NCBI GenBank assembly: GCA_964569765.1
Contig: CAZMVY010000003.1
Location: forward strand, 1-56,082
Reading direction: 5' to 3'
Source: an uncultured Planctomycetales bacterium
GTDB lineage: Bacteria; Planctomycetota; Phycisphaerae; UBA1845; PWPN01
Length of the DNA stretch: 56,082 nucleotides
The notes beneath the pieces are model-generated. The model was not told where the DNA came from. It saw only the letters and a program-made list of their open reading frames with translations, and searched no databases. Of this stretch, positions 8,164-17,411 are shown in pieces (within the stretch, counting starts at the first letter, position 1; each line of letters opens with the position of its first letter). The position numbers and the translations under genes were made by a program.

Positions 8164-11100
8164 ATGGTTTTCGTCCGGCCTGGTCTCCTGTGGCTCCTGA
8201 TCCTGGCGTTGCCGCTGGTGGCCCTGCATTTCAACCGGCGGTCGGGGCTTCGGCCCGCCCGCGCGGTGATCGTTACGACCTTGCGAACACTGGCGTTCGT
8301 GCTGCTGGTGTTCGCTATGGCGCGTCCGGTCATCGAACATCGCGATCCCGGCCGGACGGTCGTGGCGGTCGTGGATCTCTCCGCCAGCATGACCGAGGCC
8401 GACCTCGAGACGATACGCGCCTCGCTTCAGAAGCTCGCAGCCGCGCGCCAATCGCACGAAACGCTCCGACTCGTCGCCTTCGGCCCGACGGCTCGCGAGA
8501 TCGCTCTGACGGAGCAGGTGTTCGCCCCGGGAGCTCTTGCCTCCTTGCGCCGTGCCGTCGTCGCGAACGGAACCGCGGCTCCGCCGGCACCTTCGCCGGG
8601 CTCTGCAATGGCCGACGCGCTCGAACTGGCGGGCGCGCTGATCCCGCATGACGGTCGCGGGCACGTCGTCGTCTACACTGACGGTCTTCAGACCGGCGGA
8701 GACGCAGAGGCTGCGGCCCGCCGGCTCGCGGAACGTGGCATCGGCGTGACGGCCGAACCGGTCGGCGCCACACGGCCCGACGAGGTAGTCCTCCGCTCGG
8801 TCTCGATGCCGCCGGCCGCCGGGGTCGGCGCCAGGGTGGAGTTGCGAGCCGAAGTCGAGGCATCGCGTGCAACGGAAGGCCGGCTGATTATCAGCCCGCT
8901 CCCGAACGAAGCGGCGCCCCCGGACAACACGCGGGCACCCGCCGGGCCGCCAGCGGAAGAAATCGTAATACCGATCGCACTTCGGCCGGGGCGCCAGACG
9001 GTCGCATGCCTCTGTCCGCTCCACAAGGAAGGTCTCGCCCACTACAGCGTTCGCGTGGAAAGCGCCGTCGATACGCTGCCGGACAACAACACACTGTCGG
9101 CAGCCATCCGGGTAGAGCCCCCGCAGAACGTCCTGGTGCTGGAAGACAACCCGGCGGCGCCGGCTGCGGCCGCACTGGCGGCGCTACTGGGTGAGGCGGC
9201 GACGGTGAAATCCGCGGATCTCGCGGACTTCGCCGAAGCAGAACGTGCCGTGGCGGCGCTCTCCGCGGCCGATCTGCTCGTGGTAGCCGACACGCCCGCG
9301 GAAAACATCAGCCCGCAGACGCAGCAGCAAATCCGGGACGCCGTAACCGGAGGTATGGGATTAATCGTCACCGGGGGGCGCCGCGTGTTCGGGCCGGGCG
9401 GCTACGCGAACACCCCGCTGGCCGACGTCCTGCCGGTGAAGTTCCCGCAGAAGGTCGAACGCCGCGACCCCAGCGCCACGCTCGTGGTGATCATCGACAC
9501 CTCGGGAAGCATGGGCGGACCGCGGGTGAATCTCGCCAAGGAAATCGCCCGCCTGGCCATCGCGCGGCTCAAGCCGCACGACAAGGTCGGCATCGTCGAG
9601 TTCTACGGATCGAAGCGATGGGCGGCTCCCATCCAGCCCGCCTCGAACGCGATCGACCTCCAACGTGCCCTGAATCGGCTCAGCGCCAGCGGCGGCACGG
9701 TGATCCTGCCGGCCATCGAAGAGGCGTACTACGCCCTTCTGAACGTGCGAACCCGCACGAAACATGTGCTCGTCCTCACCGACGGCGGCGTGGAACCCGG
9801 AGCGTTTGAGCCGCTGATCCGCAAAATGGCCGACGCGGGGATAACGGTGTCCACCGTGCTCGTCGGCCCGGGAACGGAATCGGCCTTCCTGGCAAGCCTG
9901 GCTCAATGGGGACGCGGCCGGTTCTATTCGGCGCCCGACCGATTCAATCTGCCCGAGGTCATCGTCAAGCAGAACGAGAGTTCGCTCCTGAACCCCTTTG
10001 TGGAACAGCCGAGCGCAATCCGCATCCGGATGGAAGACGTCATCACGGATGGGATCGACTTCGCGGCAGCCCCGCCGCTCCGCGGATACGTCGAAACGGA
10101 GATACGCCCGACGGCCGACCTCCTCCTGGTATCCGACCTGGGCCATCCGATCCTGGCGGTGTGGCGCTATGGCCTGGGCAGGACGGCTGCGTTCACGCCG
10201 GAAATCAGCGGCGAGTGGTCGCGGGCCCTGGCACGCTGGGCCCCGTACGCAAAGCTCTTCTCGAATCTGGTTCGCTCACTGAGCGGACCGCGCGCCGAGC
10301 AGGCGCTTCGCCTCCAGCCGATCATACGGCCCGGGGCCGTGGAGATCCGGATTGACAACCGAATCGCGCACGCCGGCGAGGCGGCGGCGGCACTGGAGCT
10401 GACCGTGACCGGTCCCGACGGGAGCACAAGACGGCTGACGGCCGATCCGATCCGTCCGGACCAGTGGAACGTCCGCATCACCGACCTGCCGCCTGGGACG
10501 TATCGACTCGATGCCCGCACGTCGAGCGGGCGGCTCCGCGGAGCCGCTGCTCTGGTCGTGCCGCCGATCCGGGAAGTCTCCGCGCTGGGACCGGACCGCC
10601 CGATGCTGGACGAACTCAACAGGATGCAGCGGGACGCGGAGCGAGCCGCGGCAACGATCTCCACCCCGCCCATACGGCCGCGGGAGTTGTGGCCGGCGAT
10701 GACGGCCGCGGCCCTGGTGATCTTCCTCCTGAACGTCCTGATCCGCCGCCTGCCCGCGCTGCCGTATCGCTTCGTGGTACCTGCGAGAACGGCGGGGGCG
10801 ATCGTCTTGCTGTCCCTGTCGATCCAGGCAATCCCGGAGGCCGCACCGGCCAGAGCGGATGCGACAGCCGCCTCTCCGGCAACAAAGCCGGCCGCCGCGA
10901 CGCGAACCGCCGAAACACAGCAATCGCCGGCCTCCCTGCCGCCCCCCCCGGATGCAATCCGCGCAATCAACGAAGCCCTGGCCTGCCGCGATGCCGCGTG
11001 CCGGGAGCAACAATTCGGCGAGGCCTGCCGGCTCACGCTGCTGCGCGACGGGTTCCTCGATTCGCTCGCCGCGTATCTGCAATCGCGCAGCGCGGGCAAT

Positions 11101-14100
11101 CCAATGGTCGCCCGTCTGCTCGCCGACGTGGCCCGAGAACAGGGCGATCTCGTGCTGGCGCGGCGGACTCTGACGGACCTGGCCGCGAGCGGACACGCCG
11201 ACATCGAGATCTGGAGCGAACTCGCCCGGATCGAGGAGGAACTCGGCAATGATCCGGCGGCGCTGGCGGCGCTGGATCGGGCCATTGCGGCGCAGCCGGA
11301 ACCGGATCAGCTTTTCGCGCTCCGCGTGCGCCAGGCACTGATCCTTCTCGACGGCCCGGACCCGGCCGCGGGCACCCGGGCGCTCCGGGCGATCGTGGAG
11401 TCGCGTCCGAACGATCCCGCCGTCGCCAACTACTGCGCCTATCTGGCCTCGTTCGCCGGCGAGAACGCCCTGGCGCTCGATCTCCTGACGCCCACGGGGG
11501 GAGCGAAGGAGCAGGTTCACGAGCACCTGTTCCGGGGTCTGTTCCTGCTGCGCCTGAATCGACCCGACGCGGCGGAAAAGGAGTTTGAGCAGGCCTATGC
11601 GAAGGCGTCGCTGGATCGGGACCGGCGTTTCGCCCTGGAGCGCGTGATCACGTCGGCCCGACGCGCGGGCCATCTGAAATCGCTGGCCGATGCCTGGCTG
11701 GCGGATCCCCGGCTGCCGGCCGATCGGCTGGGTGCGCTGGTGGCGATTCTCCGCGAGCTGGGCAGGGCTGATGACGCTTTGCGGTTGCTCCGCCGCCCGG
11801 CACAGACGCCCGAGCAGGGACGGCTTGTCGAGTCTGCGGAGTTTCAGCGGGAGCTCATCGCCGTAGCCGTCGAAGCCGGACGGACAGGCGAAGCGGAGGC
11901 CTCCTACCGCGCGATGCTGAACGAGGCGCCGGACCGGATCGAGTGGCGGATCGGCCTGGCCCGCCTCAAGCTGCTCGAAGGAAAGCGCGAGGAAGCCGTC
12001 GGGTTGTTTCAGGATGCCACCGCACAATCCGAGGATCCCGGCTACCTGATGCTCGTAGCGGATGGGGCCCGCCAGCTCGCCCTGGACGAGGCGGCGCTGG
12101 CCGCCGCCCGGAAGGCCGGTGCCAGGGGCGGAATCGCCCACGTGCGGGCCGTCCTCTTCGAGGCCGACCTGAGTCGTCAGCGAGGCAGGACCGATCGCGC
12201 CCTCGCCCTTCTGAAACAGCTCAATCCCGCTACCGTGCAGGACCCGAAGGCTCTCAGCCTGGTGGCGGAGGCGTTCGAGCGTTACGGCGACAAGGCCGAG
12301 GCGCTGCGGCTGTTCCAACAGCTCTACGCCATAGCGCAGGGGGAGGATACGCTTCTGCGCATCGCGTGGTTGCTCGAAGAGGACCAGCGGTTCGACGAGG
12401 CGTACGCCCTCTGGAAGGACATGTGGCAGACCACCTCCGTCCCCGCGCGGCAGCGGCAGTCGCAGGACCGAATGCTCGATCTGGCCGCGCGGACCGGAAA
12501 GCTCGCCGACCTGGCCATCGAACTGGAGGAACGCATCGCCGAGGGCAATGCGGACGATCGGACGCTCTCGCTGCTGGTCCACATCTACACAAAGGCCAAT
12601 GACCCCGTCTCCGCCGCCGAGATCCTCCAGGACTTTGCCCGCCGCAGCGGCAACCAGGTCGAGGCGCTCAAACGACTTGCCCGCGTGTACCTCGACTGCG
12701 AGCAGTTCGGCCGCTGCAACGCGGTTCTACGCCGGCTCGCCGTGCTCGACCCGGCGAACCGTGTCGATTACTGGCAGCAGATCGCCATGATGGCGCTGGA
12801 GCGAAGACAACCGCAGCAGGCGAAGGCGGCGCTGGCGAAGCTGACGGCCCTCGCCGCCGGAGACGAAGTGGTGGACGAGTTCTCCGCCGGGGTTCTCGAC
12901 ATGACCGGCCTGCACGAAGAGGCGGCGGCCGCGTATGGCCGGGCCCTCGCCCGGCACCCGGACCGCATCGAGGCCCTCCTGTTGTGGGGGCGGGCAATGC
13001 GGGACGCGGGCCAGGCGGATCGGGCGGTAGCGCGGTTTCAGAACCTCATCGAGGATGCGGTCGAGGACGACCTTTTCACCGTCGCGGTTGACGGTCTATT
13101 GAACCTCAGCGCGCGACCGGCGGCCATGCGTTCCGCGCTGCGTCGCGTCTACGCCCGGATTGCGGCCAAGCCAGACAAGGTATTCCTCTACCAGCTCGGC
13201 GCCGACCTGCTCGAGTCGCTCGGCCGGACGAGGCCGATGCGCGACCTGATGGAACAGGCCGTCGTGGTGGCCGGCGAGCGGCGCGGCCCTCTGCTGCGCG
13301 AGCTCATGGATGGTGCGAAGACCGATGGGCTCAACGACCGCGTCATTCAGTACGGGCAATCGCTGCTGGGGCTGGGCGAGGAACAGCCGCCGCAGGTTTT
13401 CCTTGATCTGGGCGAGGCGATGTTCAAGGAGCATGACCTCGCCCTGGCGGAGCGGGTCTTCGAACGCGCCGCCGTGGAAAGCGATTTCTCGGCGATACGC
13501 CAGCGGGTGGCGACATACTACGAAGAGGCGAACATGCCCGCCGTGGCCGATCGCATCATCCGCGAGCTTCTGGGCACGGAGCCGGACAACGTCCCGCTGC
13601 TCATCCGGTCCGGCGCGCTGTGCGAGCAACTCGGCGCATTCGCACGCGCTTTCGAACAGTACGACCGCGCGGCCGACCTGATGCTTCGCCGCCTGCCCGG
13701 CTCGGTCCGACCGGACGAGTCCGGCCGCGCGAGGGGTCGTGAACGTCCATCCCGACGGGCTGAACGCACCGGCCGCGCAACGAACCTCGATGAGATGGCC
13801 CGGTTCTTCCGCAGCGCGGCCAACGGGTTGCGCAGCGCGGCCCGCACGCCGGCCCTTCGCGAACGCCTCCTGGCAACGCTCTCCGCCCGGATCGAGGAGG
13901 AACTCAAGACGCTCGCCGCCGAAAAGTCGCTCATGCCGACGATCGAGGGCAATCCCCGCCTGGACAACCTCGCCTGGTTCCTCCGGGAGGTGGCCTTCTC
14001 GTTCCATAATCCGGACGCCGCCGACCGGATCGACCGCCGGCTCCTCGATCTCTATCCGAAGGACGCCGGACTCCGCACCACCGTCGTGCGCGAACGCCTC

Positions 14101-17100
14101 GACTGGGGCCTGTACGCCCGCGCGGCGGCGCTGGCGTCCGACGCTCCGCCGGACTGGGCCGCCCCGACCACGATTACGGCTGACGCGCTGCTCTCGGACA
14201 AGGCCGCCCTGGAGAACGCGATCGCCAAAGGCGCGATCCCGCTGAGCCTTGCCACCCGACTGGTGCCGGGGCTGCTCATGACCGGCCGCGATGAAGAAGC
14301 CAGGCGCGTACTTCGTGCGACGCCCACACGCTACGCCCCGGACGTGGAAGCGGACCTGTCCGCGGCGGCGCCGTCTGTGGTCTATTCCCGGGGCGACGAC
14401 CGGGGTGCGATGGTCTTCGTCGAGGCGGCATCAACGATGGCCGCCCTTTCGATCGGGCTGGAGGAGCACGACACGCTCCGCGCCTGGACGAACGCATGGA
14501 TCGAGGCCTGCTCGAAGATGCGGAGCGGCAGCGCGATCGTCACGAGCCTGAAACGCTGCATGTCCGTCGTGTGGAACGCGCTGTCTGCGGAGGAGCGAAC
14601 TGCCTTCGCGGACCGGCTGAACCGGCTGGCCGATGCCACCGAAGGCGAGAAACGCCTGCACGTGAACCTGCTGCGGCTGCAACTGGCCGATCGGCTGGCC
14701 ATCCCCTTTGACGGCCTGGATCGTATCCTGCAGGAGGCCCCTGAGGATAAGACGCTCGACGCCGACGACCTCGCGGAGCTGTTGCAGCGAGCCCCCGCCG
14801 ACGCCCGGCCGGGGCTGCTCAAGCGGATCGTGGACGCCCGCGAACCCGCCCGGAAGCGGGCGGTACTCTTCGGAATCGCCGCCAACCTGAAGCCTGCCGT
14901 CGATGAGGCGCTGATGCAGAGCTTCGAGACGCTGCTGAAGGCGGCGCCGCGCCAGCGCCGGGATCTCGATGAGGACTCCTCGTTCGAAGGCGGCTGGGTG
15001 CGCGGCCGCGCGCAACCGGAACTCGCCCGCAGACTCGCGGAGGTGCTCCTGAGTGAGTCGCCCAACGACCCGGCGGTGATGGTAGCAGCAGCCGCTGCGC
15101 GTGACAACGTCGGGCTTCACGACGAGGCGATGCCGCTCGCGAAAGAGGCCATCGAGGCCCTCCTCAATGTGAAGAAGCCGACGTCCGAGCACGCGCGCCT
15201 GATCGCGGAGGCCGCACGCATCATGCGCCCGGACGAGATCCGCGCGACGATCGCGGACCTGGATGAGCGCCAGCAGATCGAAGGCCCGTCGGCAATGCGG
15301 TCGCTGGTCAAGGCCGTTCTGGTCGACGCAGCGGGCGACAAGGCCGAGGCCATTGCCGCCTATCGGTCCGCCTTTGAAATGCAGCCCGGCGAACGCATCT
15401 TCGTCTCGAAACTGATCTCCGCCCTCAAGCAGAGCGGACGATCCGTCGAGCTGGCCCGGTTGCTGGCAACTCACCTGAGGAAAAGCAGCATTATGGAAAC
15501 GTACGAGTGGTACACGCTCGTCACGCTCTACTGCGAACTGTTCGACCCGTTGAAAGCCATGCAGGCGGCGCAGAAGATCGAAACCGTGCAGGGCCCCGTC
15601 GAGGTCATGCGGATCGCCCGCAGCATGGGACGAACGGAGGACATCCTCACCACGTTCCGCCGGCTCTACACGAAGAATCGCGACTCCGGACGGTTCTATT
15701 CGCCGGCCTGGCCGGCCCCGCCCTCGCCGGGCGGCATGCTCGGCTACCTCGCGAGGCTACAGGACCGCGGATGGGGCCGCGCGTTCTCCGCTCTGGCCGA
15801 TCTGCCCTTCGCGCAGGAGGAGTTCACCGCCCTGCTTCTCGCCGCCCCGCCGCAACAGGGCGACGTGCTCGCCCTGATCGACGGCCTGCTCCGCGCGACC
15901 CGGCTGAACAACAGCCGACCGGCGCTCGTCGATTCGCTCGCGGATGCCTGGCAGCGCCAGGCTCTTACCGACAAGGACCGCCGGATGATCGTCGCGCTGG
16001 CGAAGGAAGACCCGGCGAATATTACCGACGCGCTGCTGCCCGCCCTGGAAGATATCGTGCTTCACACCCCGCCGGGCGATGCGGCGACGCTGACCACGCT
16101 GGCCCGCGTGTATCGGGCTCGCGGCAGTCCGGACCGGGCGCGCCGGATCCTTCGCTGGGTGGTCATTTCCGACATGCGAAGCGGACGCGCCGGCGGCAGC
16201 GAACGATTCAGCCGTATGGAAGAGTATCTCGCCGCCCTGCCGGATAACGAGCGTGCCGCCGCACGAAGGAAGCTGCTGGCCGGCCTGGAGCCGACCCCTC
16301 TCGACGAGCCGACCGACGCCTTCGATTCAGAATGGCTGACGTGCTGGGCGGCGGCGGGTGAGCCGGCCGAACTGAACCGCCGGGTGGAAATGATCCGCAA
16401 GCGAATCGAGTCGGCCGAGGCCGAGGCGACGCCCCGCCTGCTGGCGGCCACCCTCGCACGCTTCGACGCCGAGGCCGGACGATTCGAAGCTTTCAAGACG
16501 ATGGTCGCCTGCGCGTGCCGGGGTCTTCGGGAGGAGAGCCTGAACGTCCAGGTCTTCGACTGTCGCGCGCTGCTGCCGCCCGCAAACCGGATGAAAGACC
16601 CCGCGCGATACGTCGACGCGGTCGTTGCCGCACTGGAGGCACCGCGAACCGATGGAACGCTTTCGCAGGCGGGTGTCACACACCTGCTGTGTCTGGTCGG
16701 CGACTGGTGCGTCGAGAACAGCCTGCGCGAAAAGGCCGAAGCGATTCTCCAGCGTGCCCGCGAACAGGCCGGCCCGCCGGGTGAACACTGGTTGTGGATC
16801 GCCGATCTCGCCCGCCTGTCCGGGGCGTCGGCTGTCGCCGTCGAGCTCGAGACGAAGCTGCTCGAAGCGGACCTCCTCCCGGTTGTGCGCGTCCCCGCGC
16901 TGCTCGATGCGGTCGAAGCCGCTCGCGGCCGCGAGGCGGCGGACAAACTGGCCATCCGCGTGGCGACGTACAGCGATCACCCGGTGGTGCTGAAACGGGC
17001 TATTCGCCAGTCCCGCGCCGCCGGCGACCTCGCCGCCGCGAACCGGTACGAAGAACGTCTGCAAAAGGTTTCGGCCGCGTCCTCTGAGGCTTCGCCGCCG

Positions 17101-17133
17101 GCAGCGACATCGGGCCCGGCAACGCGCCCGTGA
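8164..17133 (+). CDS. Giant (2989 aa) BatA_N + vWA + GATase1-like + ~2000-aa TPR/alpha-solenoid fusion protein
   Basis: The N-terminus LLWLLILALPLVALHFNRR is BatA_N-like. There is a first degenerate vWA (VVAVVDLSASM) and a canonical vWA MIDAS (LVVIIDTSGSMGG...GGTVILPAIEEAY...VLVLTDGG). PLRGYVETE...ILAVWRYGLGRTAAFT is typical of the amidotransferase-like module of Bat-type vWA proteins. Two internal hydrophobic segments lie at ~10690..10850, followed by an uninterrupted helical-repeat region. The gap after the upstream gene is 3 nt. Confidence 0.85.
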   Translation: MVFVRPGLLWLLILALPLVALHFNRRSGLRPARAVIVTTLRTLAFVLLVFAMARPVIEHRDPGRTVVAVVDLSASMTEADLETIRASLQKLAAARQSHETLRLVAFGPTAREIALTEQVFAPGALASLRRAVVANGTAAPPAPSPGSAMADALELAGALIPHDGRGHVVVYTDGLQTGGDAEAAARRLAERGIGVTAEPVGATRPDEVVLRSVSMPPAAGVGARVELRAEVEASRATEGRLIISPLPNEAAPPDNTRAPAGPPAEEIVIPIALRPGRQTVACLCPLHKEGLAHYSVRVESAVDTLPDNNTLSAAIRVEPPQNVLVLEDNPAAPAAAALAALLGEAATVKSADLADFAEAERAVAALSAADLLVVADTPAENISPQTQQQIRDAVTGGMGLIVTGGRRVFGPGGYANTPLADVLPVKFPQKVERRDPSATLVVIIDTSGSMGGPRVNLAKEIARLAIARLKPHDKVGIVEFYGSKRWAAPIQPASNAIDLQRALNRLSASGGTVILPAIEEAYYALLNVRTRTKHVLVLTDGGVEPGAFEPLIRKMADAGITVSTVLVGPGTESAFLASLAQWGRGRFYSAPDRFNLPEVIVKQNESSLLNPFVEQPSAIRIRMEDVITDGIDFAAAPPLRGYVETEIRPTADLLLVSDLGHPILAVWRYGLGRTAAFTPEISGEWSRALARWAPYAKLFSNLVRSLSGPRAEQALRLQPIIRPGAVEIRIDNRIAHAGEAAAALELTVTGPDGSTRRLTADPIRPDQWNVRITDLPPGTYRLDARTSSGRLRGAAALVVPPIREVSALGPDRPMLDELNRMQRDAERAAATISTPPIRPRELWPAMTAAALVIFLLNVLIRRLPALPYRFVVPARTAGAIVLLSLSIQAIPEAAPARADATAASPATKPAAATRTAETQQSPASLPPPPDAIRAINEALACRDAACREQQFGEACRLTLLRDGFLDSLAAYLQSRSAGNPMVARLLADVAREQGDLVLARRTLTDLAASGHADIEIWSELARIEEELGNDPAALAALDRAIAAQPEPDQLFALRVRQALILLDGPDPAAGTRALRAIVESRPNDPAVANYCAYLASFAGENALALDLLTPTGGAKEQVHEHLFRGLFLLRLNRPDAAEKEFEQAYAKASLDRDRRFALERVITSARRAGHLKSLADAWLADPRLPADRLGALVAILRELGRADDALRLLRRPAQTPEQGRLVESAEFQRELIAVAVEAGRTGEAEASYRAMLNEAPDRIEWRIGLARLKLLEGKREEAVGLFQDATAQSEDPGYLMLVADGARQLALDEAALAAARKAGARGGIAHVRAVLFEADLSRQRGRTDRALALLKQLNPATVQDPKALSLVAEAFERYGDKAEALRLFQQLYAIAQGEDTLLRIAWLLEEDQRFDEAYALWKDMWQTTSVPARQRQSQDRMLDLAARTGKLADLAIELEERIAEGNADDRTLSLLVHIYTKANDPVSAAEILQDFARRSGNQVEALKRLARVYLDCEQFGRCNAVLRRLAVLDPANRVDYWQQIAMMALERRQPQQAKAALAKLTALAAGDEVVDEFSAGVLDMTGLHEEAAAAYGRALARHPDRIEALLLWGRAMRDAGQADRAVARFQNLIEDAVEDDLFTVAVDGLLNLSARPAAMRSALRRVYARIAAKPDKVFLYQLGADLLESLGRTRPMRDLMEQAVVVAGERRGPLLRELMDGAKTDGLNDRVIQYGQSLLGLGEEQPPQVFLDLGEAMFKEHDLALAERVFERAAVESDFSAIRQRVATYYEEANMPAVADRIIRELLGTEPDNVPLLIRSGALCEQLGAFARAFEQYDRAADLMLRRLPGSVRPDESGRARGRERPSRRAERTGRATNLDEMARFFRSAANGLRSAARTPALRERLLATLSARIEEELKTLAAEKSLMPTIEGNPRLDNLAWFLREVAFSFHNPDAADRIDRRLLDLYPKDAGLRTTVVRERLDWGLYARAAALASDAPPDWAAPTTITADALLSDKAALENAIAKGAIPLSLATRLVPGLLMTGRDEEARRVLRATPTRYAPDVEADLSAAAPSVVYSRGDDRGAMVFVEAASTMAALSIGLEEHDTLRAWTNAWIEACSKMRSGSAIVTSLKRCMSVVWNALSAEERTAFADRLNRLADATEGEKRLHVNLLRLQLADRLAIPFDGLDRILQEAPEDKTLDADDLAELLQRAPADARPGLLKRIVDAREPARKRAVLFGIAANLKPAVDEALMQSFETLLKAAPRQRRDLDEDSSFEGGWVRGRAQPELARRLAEVLLSESPNDPAVMVAAAAARDNVGLHDEAMPLAKEAIEALLNVKKPTSEHARLIAEAARIMRPDEIRATIADLDERQQIEGPSAMRSLVKAVLVDAAGDKAEAIAAYRSAFEMQPGERIFVSKLISALKQSGRSVELARLLATHLRKSSIMETYEWYTLVTLYCELFDPLKAMQAAQKIETVQGPVEVMRIARSMGRTEDILTTFRRLYTKNRDSGRFYSPAWPAPPSPGGMLGYLARLQDRGWGRAFSALADLPFAQEEFTALLLAAPPQQGDVLALIDGLLRATRLNNSRPALVDSLADAWQRQALTDKDRRMIVALAKEDPANITDALLPALEDIVLHTPPGDAATLTTLARVYRARGSPDRARRILRWVVISDMRSGRAGGSERFSRMEEYLAALPDNERAAARRKLLAGLEPTPLDEPTDAFDSEWLTCWAAAGEPAELNRRVEMIRKRIESAEAEATPRLLAATLARFDAEAGRFEAFKTMVACACRGLREESLNVQVFDCRALLPPANRMKDPARYVDAVVAALEAPRTDGTLSQAGVTHLLCLVGDWCVENSLREKAEAILQRAREQAGPPGEHWLWIADLARLSGASAVAVELETKLLEADLLPVVRVPALLDAVEAARGREAADKLAIRVATYSDHPVVLKRAIRQSRAAGDLAAANRYEERLQKVSAASSEASPPAATSGPATRP

Positions 17134-17325
17134 TGTTGGCGGCCGGGTTTTCGCCCCCGTGCCCAGTGGGATTCGCCCCACCGGGAAAACTCGTATGGCC
17201 TTCGGCCGTCCGGGCATATCGCGACAAATCAATCAATGCTGCACGCCGCCGCTTCCGCCGCCGTGAATTCGGCCTGGCAAAACGTCAAACCCGGAACGAG
17301 GCGGTTTCCGAAGCGGGATCCGAGG

Positions 17326-17334
17326 TGCTATAAT
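17326..17334 (+). promoter_or_regulatory. Extended -10 promoter element TGcTATAAT
   Basis: TG lies at 17326..17327 and TATAAT at 17329..17334. It is 77 nt upstream of the ATG at 17412, which has the RBS AGGAGAAAGAC. The -35 is weak. Confidence 0.6.
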
Positions 17335-17411
17335 GCCGGGTTCAGGGGCTTGGGTCGTTCAACGGGTATCAGAGGCCGCTACGGCTGGACAGGTATCGAC
17401 AGGAGAAAGAC

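Noticed and set aside
10276-12582. 768-aa minus-strand ORF, and similar ones at 10167..11285, 13096..14007, 14431..15474 and 16062..17232, inside the giant gene
   Set aside because: They are antisense shadow ORFs of the 2989-aa gene. Their composition is low-complexity and Arg/Gly/Pro-rich, with no start context or recognisable domains.
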